Source of the DNA: Candidatus Woesebacteria bacterium
GTDB taxonomy: Bacteria; Patescibacteriota; Microgenomatia; UBA8517
Assembly: GCA_013426185.1 (NCBI GenBank)
Contig: CP058602.1
Location: forward strand, 724,582-788,581
Reading direction: 5' to 3'
Length of the DNA stretch: 64,000 bases
Of this stretch, positions 1-9,419 are shown piece by piece. The notes beneath the pieces were generated by a model. That model made no database searches. It saw only the letters and a list, made by a program, of their open reading frames with translations, and was not told where the DNA came from. How positions within the stretch are numbered: the first letter of the stretch is position 1; every line of letters begins with the position of its first letter. The position numbers and the translations under genes were made by a program.

Positions 1-55
1 CTATAGACTTATTTTTAGATTACCTGATGAGGTAGAAGAGTTTTTTATCAAACCT

Positions 56-577
56 GTGGTTTGGCTTTTGCCAGTTTTCTACTTCTTGAGGAAAGAAGGC
101 AAGGGTTTTTCTTCCTTGGGTTTTACTTTGAAAAATCTTTTTCCAGCTGTTTATTTTTCTTTGGGTCTCGGGTTTATTTTTATCTTCGAGGCTCTTTTAA
201 TAAATTATCTTAAGTATGGCAGTTTTAATTTTGCTGCCAATATTGGCGACAAGCCTTTTTTTACTGCTCTTTTTCTCTCTTTTGCGACCGCCTTTTCCGA
301 AGAAGTCGCTTTTCGCGGTTACCTCTTTAATAGAGTTTGGTCAGCTTTGAAAAATGAAGCCTTGGCTAATATCTCAACCAGCCTTGTTTGGGCGTTGATT
401 CATGTCCCGGTGGTTGTCTTTGTCTGGAAACTTGACTTCTCGGCCTCGATCCTTTACCTTTTCTTAACCACTATTTTTGGAATTGGTTCCGCCTTTGTTT
501 TTGCCAGAACTAAAAACATAGTTTCTTCTATTCTGCTTCATGTTCTTTGGGAATGGCCATTAATTCTTTTTAGGTAA
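56..577 (+). CDS. CPBP (CAAX protease/Abi) family intramembrane metalloprotease; reading frame is open to window position 2 so the gene may start upstream
   Basis: Motifs EEVAFRGYLF (EExxxR), WALIHV (FxxxH) and a terminal HVLWEW; multiple TM segments. Confidence 0.65.
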   Translation: MVWLLPVFYFLRKEGKGFSSLGFTLKNLFPAVYFSLGLGFIFIFEALLINYLKYGSFNFAANIGDKPFFTALFLSFATAFSEEVAFRGYLFNRVWSALKNEALANISTSLVWALIHVPVVVFVWKLDFSASILYLFLTTIFGIGSAFVFARTKNIVSSILLHVLWEWPLILFR

Positions 578-602
578 CTTTTTTTGATGTATAATTGAAA
601 GA

Positions 603-1208
603 GTGTTGAAGAAAATCTTAGTTACCTCTTTGTTTTTGACTTTTGGCTTTTTGGTGCTTGTTGTTTCAATTTTGAGAAGCGCTTCTTTAAGACACTCTTC
701 GAATTTCTCCCCTCCTAGCTCTAGATTAGAAGGTGAGCAAAAGCTTTCTGTAAATTATTATTTTGCTTCAGCAGGGGGTGTTTTGCCTGATCATCCTCTT
801 TGGGTTGTCAAAGTCTTGCGGGATAAATTCTGGCTTTTCTTGACTCCCGGCCCGACTCGCAAATCGGAACTCAACCTCCTTTTCTCTGATAAAAGATTGA
901 TGGCGGCCAAGACTTTGAGTCAGAAAGGTAAATACGATTTAGCTTACAGTGTGATTCTAAAGTCTCATAATTATTTTGTTGAAGCAGCTAATTTGGAAGA
1001 TGAGGCAAGAAAAGGAGGGGATAATACTGATGAATTGCTTTTGCTTTTAACCAAAGCTTCTTTGGCACATAAAGAGATGATACAGTCTTTGCAGGATTCT
1101 TTCCCCGAAGATTTAAGAACAGGATTCCCTTCTATTATTGAATATCTTTCAGGGTTCTATGACAGATCCTCTAGTTATTTAAAGAGCAAAAACATTATTA
1201 TTCAATAG
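603..1208 (+). CDS. hypothetical protein with N-terminal TM helix
   Basis: ORF with hydrophobic N-terminus, no recognisable motif. Confidence 0.35.
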   Translation: MLKKILVTSLFLTFGFLVLVVSILRSASLRHSSNFSPPSSRLEGEQKLSVNYYFASAGGVLPDHPLWVVKVLRDKFWLFLTPGPTRKSELNLLFSDKRLMAAKTLSQKGKYDLAYSVILKSHNYFVEAANLEDEARKGGDNTDELLLLLTKASLAHKEMIQSLQDSFPEDLRTGFPSIIEYLSGFYDRSSSYLKSKNIIIQ

Positions 1209-1478
1209 CTCGTATAATTGAGAAAAATAGATATTATTGATCAATTATTTTTGTTTTTGGCTCTATCCTTTAGTATCGTGGTCTTTCGATTAACGCAGTT
1301 TTTATTCGGTTATTTTTGCAACCTCTTTTTTTGATTATTTTTTTAGCCTCGCTTTAAGCGTAAATTGACTTTTTTTGATGTAGTTTTTGCTAGTTGACAA
1401 CATCATAGGTAGTGATAAATTTACTTTTGTACACTACAAATAGCGTTTTTTGTTTTCAAATGTGAAATTGTTTGTTTT

Positions 1479-1925
1479 ATGAAATGTCCTTTTTGCGGAG
1501 GAAAAAATCTTGAAGTTTTGGAGTCACGATCGGTTGATGAGGATAATTCGATTAGGAGAAGAAGACGTTGTGTTTCCTGTCGAAGGCGTTTCACTACCTA
1601 TGAAAGAGTTAAAGATAAGTTTTTGTGGGTAGTTAAAAAAGATGGTAGACGTGAGCCTTTTATAAGAGAAAAGATAAAGGGTGGAATTTTAAGAGCGATT
1701 GAGAAAAGGCCAGTCTCGCTTGATTTGGTTGAAGACATAGTAAATCAGGTTGAAAGAGAAATCTTAAAAGAGGAAAAAGAGGAGATAAGTTCCAGGTTAA
1801 TAGGGCGCTTAGTTTTAAGGAGATTAAAAAAGGTTGATAAAGTTGCTTGGTTAAGGTTTGCTAGCGTCTACCTTGAATTTGAAGATTTGAGCGATTTTGA
1901 GAGGGCAATTGAAAAGGAGGCTTAA
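1479..1925 (+). CDS. nrdR: transcriptional repressor NrdR (zinc ribbon + ATP-cone)
   Basis: MKCPFCGG...CVSCRRRF zinc ribbon at N-terminus, ATP-cone-like remainder, directly upstream of RNR. Confidence 0.85.
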   Translation: MKCPFCGGKNLEVLESRSVDEDNSIRRRRRCVSCRRRFTTYERVKDKFLWVVKKDGRREPFIREKIKGGILRAIEKRPVSLDLVEDIVNQVEREILKEEKEEISSRLIGRLVLRRLKKVDKVAWLRFASVYLEFEDLSDFERAIEKEA

Positions 1926-1928
1926 CTT

Positions 1929-4469
1929 ATGACTGAGAGAAAAACTAAAAGAAATCTTAATAAGAGGGCTAAAGTTTTGTCAGATGCCAAAATGGAAAAT
2001 GGAAAGATACTTCTTGAGAGTCTTTCCGCTCCTTCTTATGAAGAGATTATGAAGGAGATAGAAGCTAAGATTGGTAAAAGGCCAAAGTTACCTCGGGATT
2101 TGCCTAAGGGGGAATGGGGTGAGCAAGCAATAAAGGTGTTGGAAGAGCGATATCTTGTTAAAAATGAAGAAATGGAGGTTATTGAAACTCCTGAAGAGAT
2201 GCTTTGGAGAGTGGCTTGGGAAATAGCTTCAGCTGAAGCAAGGTGGGGTAAAAATAGAAAAGGAGTTTTGGATCAGGCAGAAGAATTTTATCAACTGATG
2301 GCTTCGAGAAAGTTTTTGCCTAATTCACCTACTTTGATGAATGCAGGTACAGGTAATATGCTTCAGTATTCTGCTTGTTTTGTCTTGCCAGTTGAAGATT
2401 CGATGGAAGGAATTTTTGATGCTCTTAAATATCAGGCTTTAATTCACAAAACCGGTGGTGGTACGGGTTTTTCTTTTAGTCGCCTTAGGCCAAAAGGATT
2501 TGTAGTTAAAACTTCAAAAGGTATTGCTTCAGGACCTGTGTCTTTTATGAGGATTTTTGATGCTGCTACAAATGAGGTCAAACAAGGTGGCAAGAGGCGA
2601 GGCGCTAATATGGGTATTTTGCGAGTTGATCATCCTGATATTAAGGAATTTATTCATTGCAAGGAAGATGGGGGTATTACCAACTTTAACATTTCGGTTG
2701 CAATTACCAATAAATTTATGGAAGCTTTTGAAAAGGGGGAAGACTATGATTTGATCGATCCTAAAAGTGGGGAAAAGGTTGGCAAACTTAATGCCCGCGA
2801 GGTTTTTGATGAGATTGCCGATGCCGCTTGGCGAACAGGCGACCCAGGGTTAATTTTTATAGACAAAATTAACGAAAGTAAGGCCAATCCTGTTCCTCCT
2901 CTTGGCCCAATTGAGTCTACCAACCCATGCGGTGAGCAGCCACTTTATCCTTTTGATGCCTGTAACTTGGGCAGTATCTTTTTGGGCTACTTTGTCAAAG
3001 ACAAAAAAATTGAATGGGATGAACTTGAAAAAGTTGTTAAGATGGCTGTTCGTTTTTTGGATAATGTCATTGAGGTTAATCCTTATCCTTTGGAACAGAT
3101 TAGGAAAATGGTCTTTAATACACGCAGAATTGGCTTGGGAGTTGGTGGTTGGGCCGATATGCTTATTAAACTTGGTATTCCTTACGATTCTGAGGAGGGT
3201 GTGCGTTTGGCAAAGGAGGTAATGAATTTTATAGAAACTAAGGCAGTTGAAGCATCAATTGATCTTGCTTCTGAAAGAGGTCCCTTTCCGCTTTGGTCTT
3301 TAAGTATTTACAAAGATGAAGAACCTAGGCGCAATTCTACTGTTACCACTATTGCTCCAACAGGAACAATTTCAATAATTGCAGGTGCTTCTTCTGGCAT
3401 TGAGCCACTTTTTGCTATTGCTTACCAACATATCGTCAAAGACAAACACCTTGACCGTCGCTTGTCGTTTATTAATCCGTTTTTTGAGGAAATGCTTAAG
3501 GAAAAAGGAATTTGGAGTCAGGAATTGGTTGATAGGGTAATTGAAAAGGGAATGGTAAGAGATATGGAGGAATTACCTGAAGATATTAAAAATGTTTTTG
3601 GCACTGCTCATGAAATAAACCCCGAGTGGCATATAAGGATGCAAGCCGCGTTTCAGGAGTCAACAGAAAATGCAGTTTCAAAGACTATTAATCTGCGGCA
3701 TGAGGCAACAGTTGAGGATGTTAAAAAGGCTTATCTTTTAGCTTGGAATTCAAATTGCCGAGGAATTACTGTATTTAGGGATGGTAGTAAAGATGCTCAA
3801 GTTTTAAATGTGGGTCTTGATAAAAAAGAGGAGGACAAAAAAGAAATTTGGGACGAGAAAGCAGCAATCATTGAAAGGCCGTTTGTAGCAAAAGGTGCTA
3901 CTTATAAATTGGCGACACCTGTAGGTACCGCTTTTGTAACGATTAACGAAGATGAAAATGGTCAGCCGCTTGAAGTTTTTATTAATGTAGGCAAAGCCGG
4001 GAGTGATCTTACAGCAGTAGCCGAAGCCTTGGGAAGAGTTATCTCAACTGCCTTGCGCTCACGGGGAAATACCTCTCCCAAAGACAGAGCTCTTGAAATA
4101 GCTCATCAGCTCTCAGGTATTGGAGGAAGAAGATCTGTTGGTTTTGGCCCATCAAAAATCCGCTCTCTTCCTGATGCGGTTGCTGCTGCTATCTCAATTC
4201 ATTTTGGCTTTAGAGTTAATGGATTTTTAAATCACGATGTTGAGTCTGATAACCATCATGTCAATGGGTTGGCAAATGGTGTCAAGAAGGAACAAGAATT
4301 GGTGCTTGGAAGTCTAGAGAAGAAAGCAGAATTAGAGTTTAAGCAACAGGCTTTGCTCCTTGAGGAAAAGGGGCCATTGGCTGATATTTGTCCTTCCTGT
4401 GGTTCAAATTCTTTTGTATATGAGGAAGGTTGCTCCAAGTGCTATGTTTGTGGCTATTCTGAATGCTGA
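1929..4469 (+). CDS. nrdJ: adenosylcobalamin-dependent (class II) ribonucleotide reductase
   Basis: NPCGEQPL active-site block, TNPCGE, C-terminal CxxC..CxxC zinc ribbon (CPSCGS...CSKCYVCG), 846 aa. Confidence 0.85.
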   Translation: MTERKTKRNLNKRAKVLSDAKMENGKILLESLSAPSYEEIMKEIEAKIGKRPKLPRDLPKGEWGEQAIKVLEERYLVKNEEMEVIETPEEMLWRVAWEIASAEARWGKNRKGVLDQAEEFYQLMASRKFLPNSPTLMNAGTGNMLQYSACFVLPVEDSMEGIFDALKYQALIHKTGGGTGFSFSRLRPKGFVVKTSKGIASGPVSFMRIFDAATNEVKQGGKRRGANMGILRVDHPDIKEFIHCKEDGGITNFNISVAITNKFMEAFEKGEDYDLIDPKSGEKVGKLNAREVFDEIADAAWRTGDPGLIFIDKINESKANPVPPLGPIESTNPCGEQPLYPFDACNLGSIFLGYFVKDKKIEWDELEKVVKMAVRFLDNVIEVNPYPLEQIRKMVFNTRRIGLGVGGWADMLIKLGIPYDSEEGVRLAKEVMNFIETKAVEASIDLASERGPFPLWSLSIYKDEEPRRNSTVTTIAPTGTISIIAGASSGIEPLFAIAYQHIVKDKHLDRRLSFINPFFEEMLKEKGIWSQELVDRVIEKGMVRDMEELPEDIKNVFGTAHEINPEWHIRMQAAFQESTENAVSKTINLRHEATVEDVKKAYLLAWNSNCRGITVFRDGSKDAQVLNVGLDKKEEDKKEIWDEKAAIIERPFVAKGATYKLATPVGTAFVTINEDENGQPLEVFINVGKAGSDLTAVAEALGRVISTALRSRGNTSPKDRALEIAHQLSGIGGRRSVGFGPSKIRSLPDAVAAAISIHFGFRVNGFLNHDVESDNHHVNGLANGVKKEQELVLGSLEKKAELEFKQQALLLEEKGPLADICPSCGSNSFVYEEGCSKCYVCGYSEC

Positions 4470-4536
4470 AGTCGCTTGAGTTTGATAAAATCAACCGAGA
4501 TAAAAGTAGTAATCTTTACTACATCTAATCATAAAG

Positions 4537-4607
4537 CCACGCGCTTTAGCGCGTGGATGTAGAATGGTTTAGATGGAGCCAAGAAAGCCACGGCCTTTAG
4601 GCCGTGG
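4537..4607 (+). terminator. two similar GC-rich hairpins (CCACGCGC-TTTA-GCGCGTGG and CCACGGCC-TTTA-GGCCGTGG) downstream of nrdJ
   Basis: perfect 8-bp stems with 4-nt loops seen directly; second followed by TTTCTTACTT. Confidence 0.4.
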
Positions 4608-4637
4608 ATTTCTTACTTAACTCTATTTCTTTAATCT

Positions 4638-5153
4638 ATGATTTATACCAAAAAAGGGGATGATGGAAAGACTTCTTTAATTGACGGCAAGAGAGTAGCA
4701 AAATCAAATAAAATAATTTGGGCAATAGGGGAAATTGACGAACTTAATTCTTGTTTGGGTGTTATTAGATCTGAATTAAAGGATGAGAGCTTAGATAAGA
4801 AGCTCAAAGAGATTCAGAAAGATCTTTTTTCTATTGGTTCAATTCTTGCAGGAGGCAATATTAAGTTTGACAGGAAGCGAGTGAGAGAATTGGAAAAAGA
4901 GATCGACAATTTTGAGGCGATTTTACCTGTTCAGACAAGATTTCTTTTTCCTAGTGGTGCAAAAGTTGCCTCGATGCTTTTCCTTGCTCGCTCTGTTGCA
5001 AGGAGAGCGGAAAGAAGAGTGACAAATTTAGAAAAAAAGGCTATAAAAGGCGAGATTTTAGTCTATTTAAACCGTCTTTCTGATTATCTTTTTGTTTTGG
5101 CGAGATACGAAAATTTTAGAAAAAGAATTAAAGAAGACTTTTGGAAAATTTAG
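4638..5153 (+). CDS. pduO: ATP:cob(I)alamin adenosyltransferase, PduO/MMAB type
   Basis: MIYTKKGDDGKTSL N-terminus typical of PduO-type adenosyltransferases; next to B12-dependent RNR. Confidence 0.8.
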   Translation: MIYTKKGDDGKTSLIDGKRVAKSNKIIWAIGEIDELNSCLGVIRSELKDESLDKKLKEIQKDLFSIGSILAGGNIKFDRKRVRELEKEIDNFEAILPVQTRFLFPSGAKVASMLFLARSVARRAERRVTNLEKKAIKGEILVYLNRLSDYLFVLARYENFRKRIKEDFWKI

Positions 5154-5203
5154 ACAAGGTTTTTCTTTCACTCTTTCTTTTATTTCTGCTAGAATGAATT
5201 GAT

Positions 5204-5569
5204 ATGACAAGTCTTCCTGAAAAAGAACCAATTTTACCCTCCGAACAAGGGGTGTCTGTTAGACCCGAAACCTTATCTGAGAAAATAGAGAAAGTTGTTC
5301 CGGGAGTTCAAGTTGTGCCCACCCAGTTTAAAAAGCAGGTGACGGATGACCGGGGCAAACCTCTGATTACCACTCCTCAGGCGAAGAAGGTGGTTATTGA
5401 ATTGCCAGAGACAGAGGAGGTCTTAATTCAGGAAAGTAAAGGAAGTGTGGATGATTCCAAAACCTGGCTTGCCAGGTTTTGGTTGAGGATGGTGGAGAAA
5501 GCGAAGTTTTTCGGTTGGCAGATAGTTAGTATGGTTAATCTTGGAGTAGAGAAAAAGAACAATGCCTGA
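5204..5569 (+). CDS. hypothetical protein, overlaps start of downstream ATPase (operon partner)
   Basis: ORF only; 8-nt overlap with 5562 gene. Confidence 0.35.
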   Translation: MTSLPEKEPILPSEQGVSVRPETLSEKIEKVVPGVQVVPTQFKKQVTDDRGKPLITTPQAKKVVIELPETEEVLIQESKGSVDDSKTWLARFWLRMVEKAKFFGWQIVSMVNLGVEKKNNA

Positions 5570-7880
5570 TATCAATTTTATAGTTGGTTTTATTTTTCTT
5601 TTAGGCTTTCTGGCTTTCTTTTTAGCTTTTTTGGGTTTTATTGTTTTTACTTTCTTCAGATGGCGGGGAAGGGAAAAGGATTCTGTTGACTCTATCTTAC
5701 TTCGGGTCCTTGTGCCCAGAACCAATGAAGTCAAAATAGATGCCATGGAGCAGGTTTTTGCTTCTTTATTTTCTATCAAAAAGGGCGGGTGGAAGCAGAA
5801 ATTTTCATTTCAACCATCAATTGGATTTGAAATAGTAGCTCGTGAGGGTTACATCAACTTTTATGTCTTTTGCCCAAGCCGCCTTAAAGATTTAGTCGAA
5901 AAGCAGATCAATGGTGCTTATCCTGATGCAGAAGTTGTGGAGGTTCCTGAATACAATATTTTCACTGACACAGGCAAGGTGGCTTACAAAGCTTTTCAGT
6001 TGAGAGCAGAGAATTACAAACCTATTAAAACTTTTAAAGATTTGCCGGTTGATCCCTTATCTTCAATTACTTCAGTCTTGGCAAAAATGGGTGAGAAAGA
6101 AGCTGCTGTGATTCAGATTTTAATTTCTCCGGCTGATTCCAAGTGGCAAAAGGATGGCTCGCATTTTATTTCAGAAACTAAAAAGAGAGAGTCAGATCCC
6201 GAGAAGGCTAAGTTTAGCGTTTCTGGCAAGACTCTTGAAGCAGTTGAGAATAAAATTGGAAAACCTGGTTTTGAGGTTAGTATTAGAGCTATTGTGGTCT
6301 CTGAATCAAGCGAACTAGCAAAGATGCACCTTGGCAATATCAGCGGCGCTTTTGAACAATTCTCCAGCGAGTTTAATGGTTTTAAGTCTCGCAAGATTTA
6401 TCATAAAGCTTCGTTTATGGAAGATTTTCTGTATCGCTATATGCCGATGTTTAATATCTTGGGTAATCGACCTTCAATTCTAAACTCCGAAGAGTTGGCT
6501 ACTATCTTTCATTTTCCCAATCGCAGTATTACAACGCCCAATATTCAGTGGCTAAACGCTAAAAGAGCTCCTGCACCATCAATTGTTCCTGAGGAAGGCT
6601 TGTTTTTGGGAATGAGTGTCTTTAGGGGTATTAAAAGGAGAGTTTGTGTTTCAGATGATGATAGAAGAAGACATATTTATATTATTGGCGCAACAGGTAC
6701 TGGAAAATCTGAGCTCTTAAAACAGATGATGCTTCAAGATATGAAAGAAGGTAAAGGGATTTGCTTTATTGACCCTCATGATACTGTCCGCCAGCTTTTA
6801 CCTCTTATCCCGCCTGAGCGCGCCGAAGATGTTATCTACTTTAATCCTGCTGATACCGAGCGGCCAATGGGACTTAATCTTCTTGAGGCAAAAACTGAAG
6901 ACGAAAAACATTTTGTAGCAACCTCGGTTATTAACTTGATGTATAAGCTCTTTGATCCTTACAAGACTGGTATTGTTGGCCCACGTTTTGAGCACGGTGT
7001 TAGAAATGCAATGTTAACTGCGATGGCTGAGGAAGGGAATACTTTTATTGAGGTTGTGCGTATTATGACTGATTCTCGTTTTACTCAGGAGCTTTTGCCC
7101 AAGGTGACAGATCCTATGGTCAGGCGTTATTGGACTGATCAGATTGCACAGACTGCAGACTTTCACAAATCTGAAGTTTTGGACTATACAGTCTCCAAAT
7201 TTGGTCGTTTTGTGACAAACAGAATGATGAGAAATATTATTGGCCAGTCAAAATCTTCCTTTTCTTTCCGCAAGGTGATGGATGAAGGCAAGATTCTTTT
7301 GATTGATCTTGCAAAGGGTGAGTTGGGTGAAGAAAATTCCAGCTTCCTGGGGCTTATCTTGGTGCCAAGAATTCTAATGGCGGCAATGAGTAGACAGGAT
7401 ACGCCTGAGGAAAAAAGACGCGATTTTTATCTTTATGTAGATGAGTTTCAGAACTTTGCCACTCCTGATTTTGCTGTTATTTTATCAGAAGCTAGAAAAT
7501 ACAGACTTAACCTTTGTGTTGCTAATCAATTTATAGGCCAGATGGAAGAGGAAGTTAAAAATGCTGTTTTTGGTAATGTGGGAACCAAAATAGCATTTAG
7601 GGTTGGCGTGAGCGATGCTTCTTACCTGGCTCGCGAATTTGCGCCCGTTTTTAGTGAAGAGGACCTTTTGAATATTGAGCGTTTTAATGCTTTTGTGAAG
7701 ACAATTGTTCGCAACGAACCTGTACCTCCATTTTCGATTGATACGACAAAAGATATGAGCGAGATTAAAAAACAAGAAAATCCCAAAGTTGCTCAGATTA
7801 TCAAAGAAATGAGCCGACTAAAGTATGGTCGAGATGTAAGGGAAGTGGAAGCGGAAATTGCTCGTCGGGCTAAACTTTAA
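5562..7880 (+). CDS. VirD4/TraD/TraG-like P-loop NTPase (T4SS coupling-protein-like, DUF87-type) with two N-terminal TM helices
   Basis: N-terminal TM pair, Walker A GATGTGKS, Walker B LYVDEFQNF, conserved CVANQ block; paralog of 52787..54940. Confidence 0.5.
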   Translation: MPDINFIVGFIFLLGFLAFFLAFLGFIVFTFFRWRGREKDSVDSILLRVLVPRTNEVKIDAMEQVFASLFSIKKGGWKQKFSFQPSIGFEIVAREGYINFYVFCPSRLKDLVEKQINGAYPDAEVVEVPEYNIFTDTGKVAYKAFQLRAENYKPIKTFKDLPVDPLSSITSVLAKMGEKEAAVIQILISPADSKWQKDGSHFISETKKRESDPEKAKFSVSGKTLEAVENKIGKPGFEVSIRAIVVSESSELAKMHLGNISGAFEQFSSEFNGFKSRKIYHKASFMEDFLYRYMPMFNILGNRPSILNSEELATIFHFPNRSITTPNIQWLNAKRAPAPSIVPEEGLFLGMSVFRGIKRRVCVSDDDRRRHIYIIGATGTGKSELLKQMMLQDMKEGKGICFIDPHDTVRQLLPLIPPERAEDVIYFNPADTERPMGLNLLEAKTEDEKHFVATSVINLMYKLFDPYKTGIVGPRFEHGVRNAMLTAMAEEGNTFIEVVRIMTDSRFTQELLPKVTDPMVRRYWTDQIAQTADFHKSEVLDYTVSKFGRFVTNRMMRNIIGQSKSSFSFRKVMDEGKILLIDLAKGELGEENSSFLGLILVPRILMAAMSRQDTPEEKRRDFYLYVDEFQNFATPDFAVILSEARKYRLNLCVANQFIGQMEEEVKNAVFGNVGTKIAFRVGVSDASYLAREFAPVFSEEDLLNIERFNAFVKTIVRNEPVPPFSIDTTKDMSEIKKQENPKVAQIIKEMSRLKYGRDVREVEAEIARRAKL

Positions 7881-7940
7881 CTTCTTTTCTGATATAATAT
7901 AACTCTAGCGATTTTTCCTTGATGAAATTTTGAGGTCAAG

Positions 7941-8012
7941 GGTCGGTAACTCAGCGGCAGAGTACCACTCTTATAAAGTGGGAGTCGGTGGTTCGAATCC
8001 ACCCCGACCCAC
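7941..8012 (+). tRNA. tRNA with anticodon UAU (apparent tRNA-Ile(UAU))
   Basis: cloverleaf folded by hand: acceptor GGGTCGG/CCGACCC, D-stem ACTC/GAGT, anticodon stem CCACT/AGTGG, loop CTTATAA, T-arm GGTGG-TTCGAAT-CCACC, discriminator A. Confidence 0.7.
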
Positions 8013-8055
8013 CCTTAGGTAAATAATTCTTAGGAAGCGCTTTTTTTGAGGTTTT

Positions 8056-8922
8056 TTATAACTCTTCTAATTCCTGTTTGTTTCCCGCTTCTTTGATGCC
8101 CGCAAGCTCGAGATAACTTTCAGTGGTTGAGAGCCTTTTGTGCCCTGCAACTTGGGAAAGCAAAACCAAATTTACCCCTGCTTTTAAATTCTCAACTATG
8201 AAAGTGGTGCGCAAGTCGTTAATGGTATAGCTTGGCATTTCTGCTTTTTGAATATACCTATTGATAGTTGATCTGATGTTTCTGACAGCAAGCGGCTTTC
8301 CGTTTTTGCTTACAAAAAAGTAAGGAGAATCACTTTTTGGTCTTTCATTCTTAAGATAATTGTCAAGAGCCTCTTTTGCTCTTTTGTTTAAAGGAATAAC
8401 TCTTTCAGGTTGGCTGGCATAAGCTTCAATTTTTATTTCTTTATCACCTACATTTGCAAGTTTGAGGTTGGCTACCTCTGAAATTCTAAGCCCTGTTTGA
8501 AGAATTAATTCTACGATGGCTGCTGTTCTCAAGTCAGAACGTACAGTGTCTCTTAAAGCACGGTACTCAAGTTTAGAAAGGAATTTAGGCTTGGCAGGTT
8601 CTGTTTTTGGATGAGAAACATCTTGAGCAGGGTTACTTGAGATATGTTTTTGTTCAACAGCAAATTTAAAAAATGTCTTTATTGCGTTTAGTTTCCTTGA
8701 AACGCTTTTGGGTGTGTATTTTTCAGCAAGGAGGGTATCGCGATAGGCCTCAATTAGCTCCTTTCCTATTGATTGGATATAAGGCTTTTGTTTCTTTTCT
8801 GCGAAATCCACAAACTGCTCAAGGTCCGCCCTATAAGCTATAATAGTTGAGGGCGACCTTTTTTTATCTTCCAGACTTTTGATAAAGTTTGGGAGCAGAG
8901 CCTTTAACATTGTTTGTTCCAT
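8056..8922 (-). CDS. tyrosine recombinase (XerC/XerD-like integrase)
   Basis: N-terminal SAM-like domain, C-terminal R...HxxR...Y block (AGHKRLSTTESYLEL); lies 44 nt from a tRNA gene. Confidence 0.75.
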   Translation of the reverse strand: MEQTMLKALLPNFIKSLEDKKRSPSTIIAYRADLEQFVDFAEKKQKPYIQSIGKELIEAYRDTLLAEKYTPKSVSRKLNAIKTFFKFAVEQKHISSNPAQDVSHPKTEPAKPKFLSKLEYRALRDTVRSDLRTAAIVELILQTGLRISEVANLKLANVGDKEIKIEAYASQPERVIPLNKRAKEALDNYLKNERPKSDSPYFFVSKNGKPLAVRNIRSTINRYIQKAEMPSYTINDLRTTFIVENLKAGVNLVLLSQVAGHKRLSTTESYLELAGIKEAGNKQELEEL

Positions 8923-8993
8923 AAGATTTAGCAGGAGCTTAATGACTATATGATAGCACTTTATAAAAAAATATCAACACTTTTTGAATAACT

Positions 8994-9413
8994 ATGGGTA
9001 TTAATTTTAACAGTTTATTTGTTCATAAAGCTGAGAAAAAAAATGTCTCTTGGTTTAATAAGGTCTTGTCTTTAGCCTTCTCTGTTTTAACAATTTTAGT
9101 ATTTAGCGCTTTTTGGAGTAATTTTTCCAAGCTAAGACAAGCTGAGAAGAAGATAGAAGAGAAAAAAAGAAGTCTTGAGGAATTAAGAAGAGAAAATGAA
9201 TCTATCAAAAATAGGCTTAAGGAGATTAGTTCAGAGGCGTATATCGAGAAACAACTAAGGGATAATTTAGCGATGGTAAAAAAGGGCGAGGTTGTGGTGG
9301 TTTTGCCTGATGAGGAGACTATCAAGAGTTTTGTCCCCAAGATAGATATTGGTGGTGACAAGGCAATTAATTTGCCTAATTGGCGCAAGTGGTCTCTTTT
9401 CTTTAATTTCTAG
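8994..9413 (+). CDS. FtsB/DivIC-like septum formation initiator (single TM + coiled coil)
   Basis: TM segment followed by coiled coil KLRQAEKKIEEKKRSLEELRRENESIKNRLKEI and conserved GEVVVVLPDEE-like tail. Confidence 0.55.
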   Translation: MGINFNSLFVHKAEKKNVSWFNKVLSLAFSVLTILVFSAFWSNFSKLRQAEKKIEEKKRSLEELRRENESIKNRLKEISSEAYIEKQLRDNLAMVKKGEVVVVLPDEETIKSFVPKIDIGGDKAINLPNWRKWSLFFNF

Positions 9414-9419
9414 ATTGTG

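Noticed and set aside
4470-4637. cobalamin riboswitch upstream of the PduO adenosyltransferase
   Set aside because: Only about 165 nt are available, and they are occupied by simple GC hairpins. There is no convincing B12-box (GCCACUG-type) or multi-stem junction. The hairpins are more simply nrdJ terminators.
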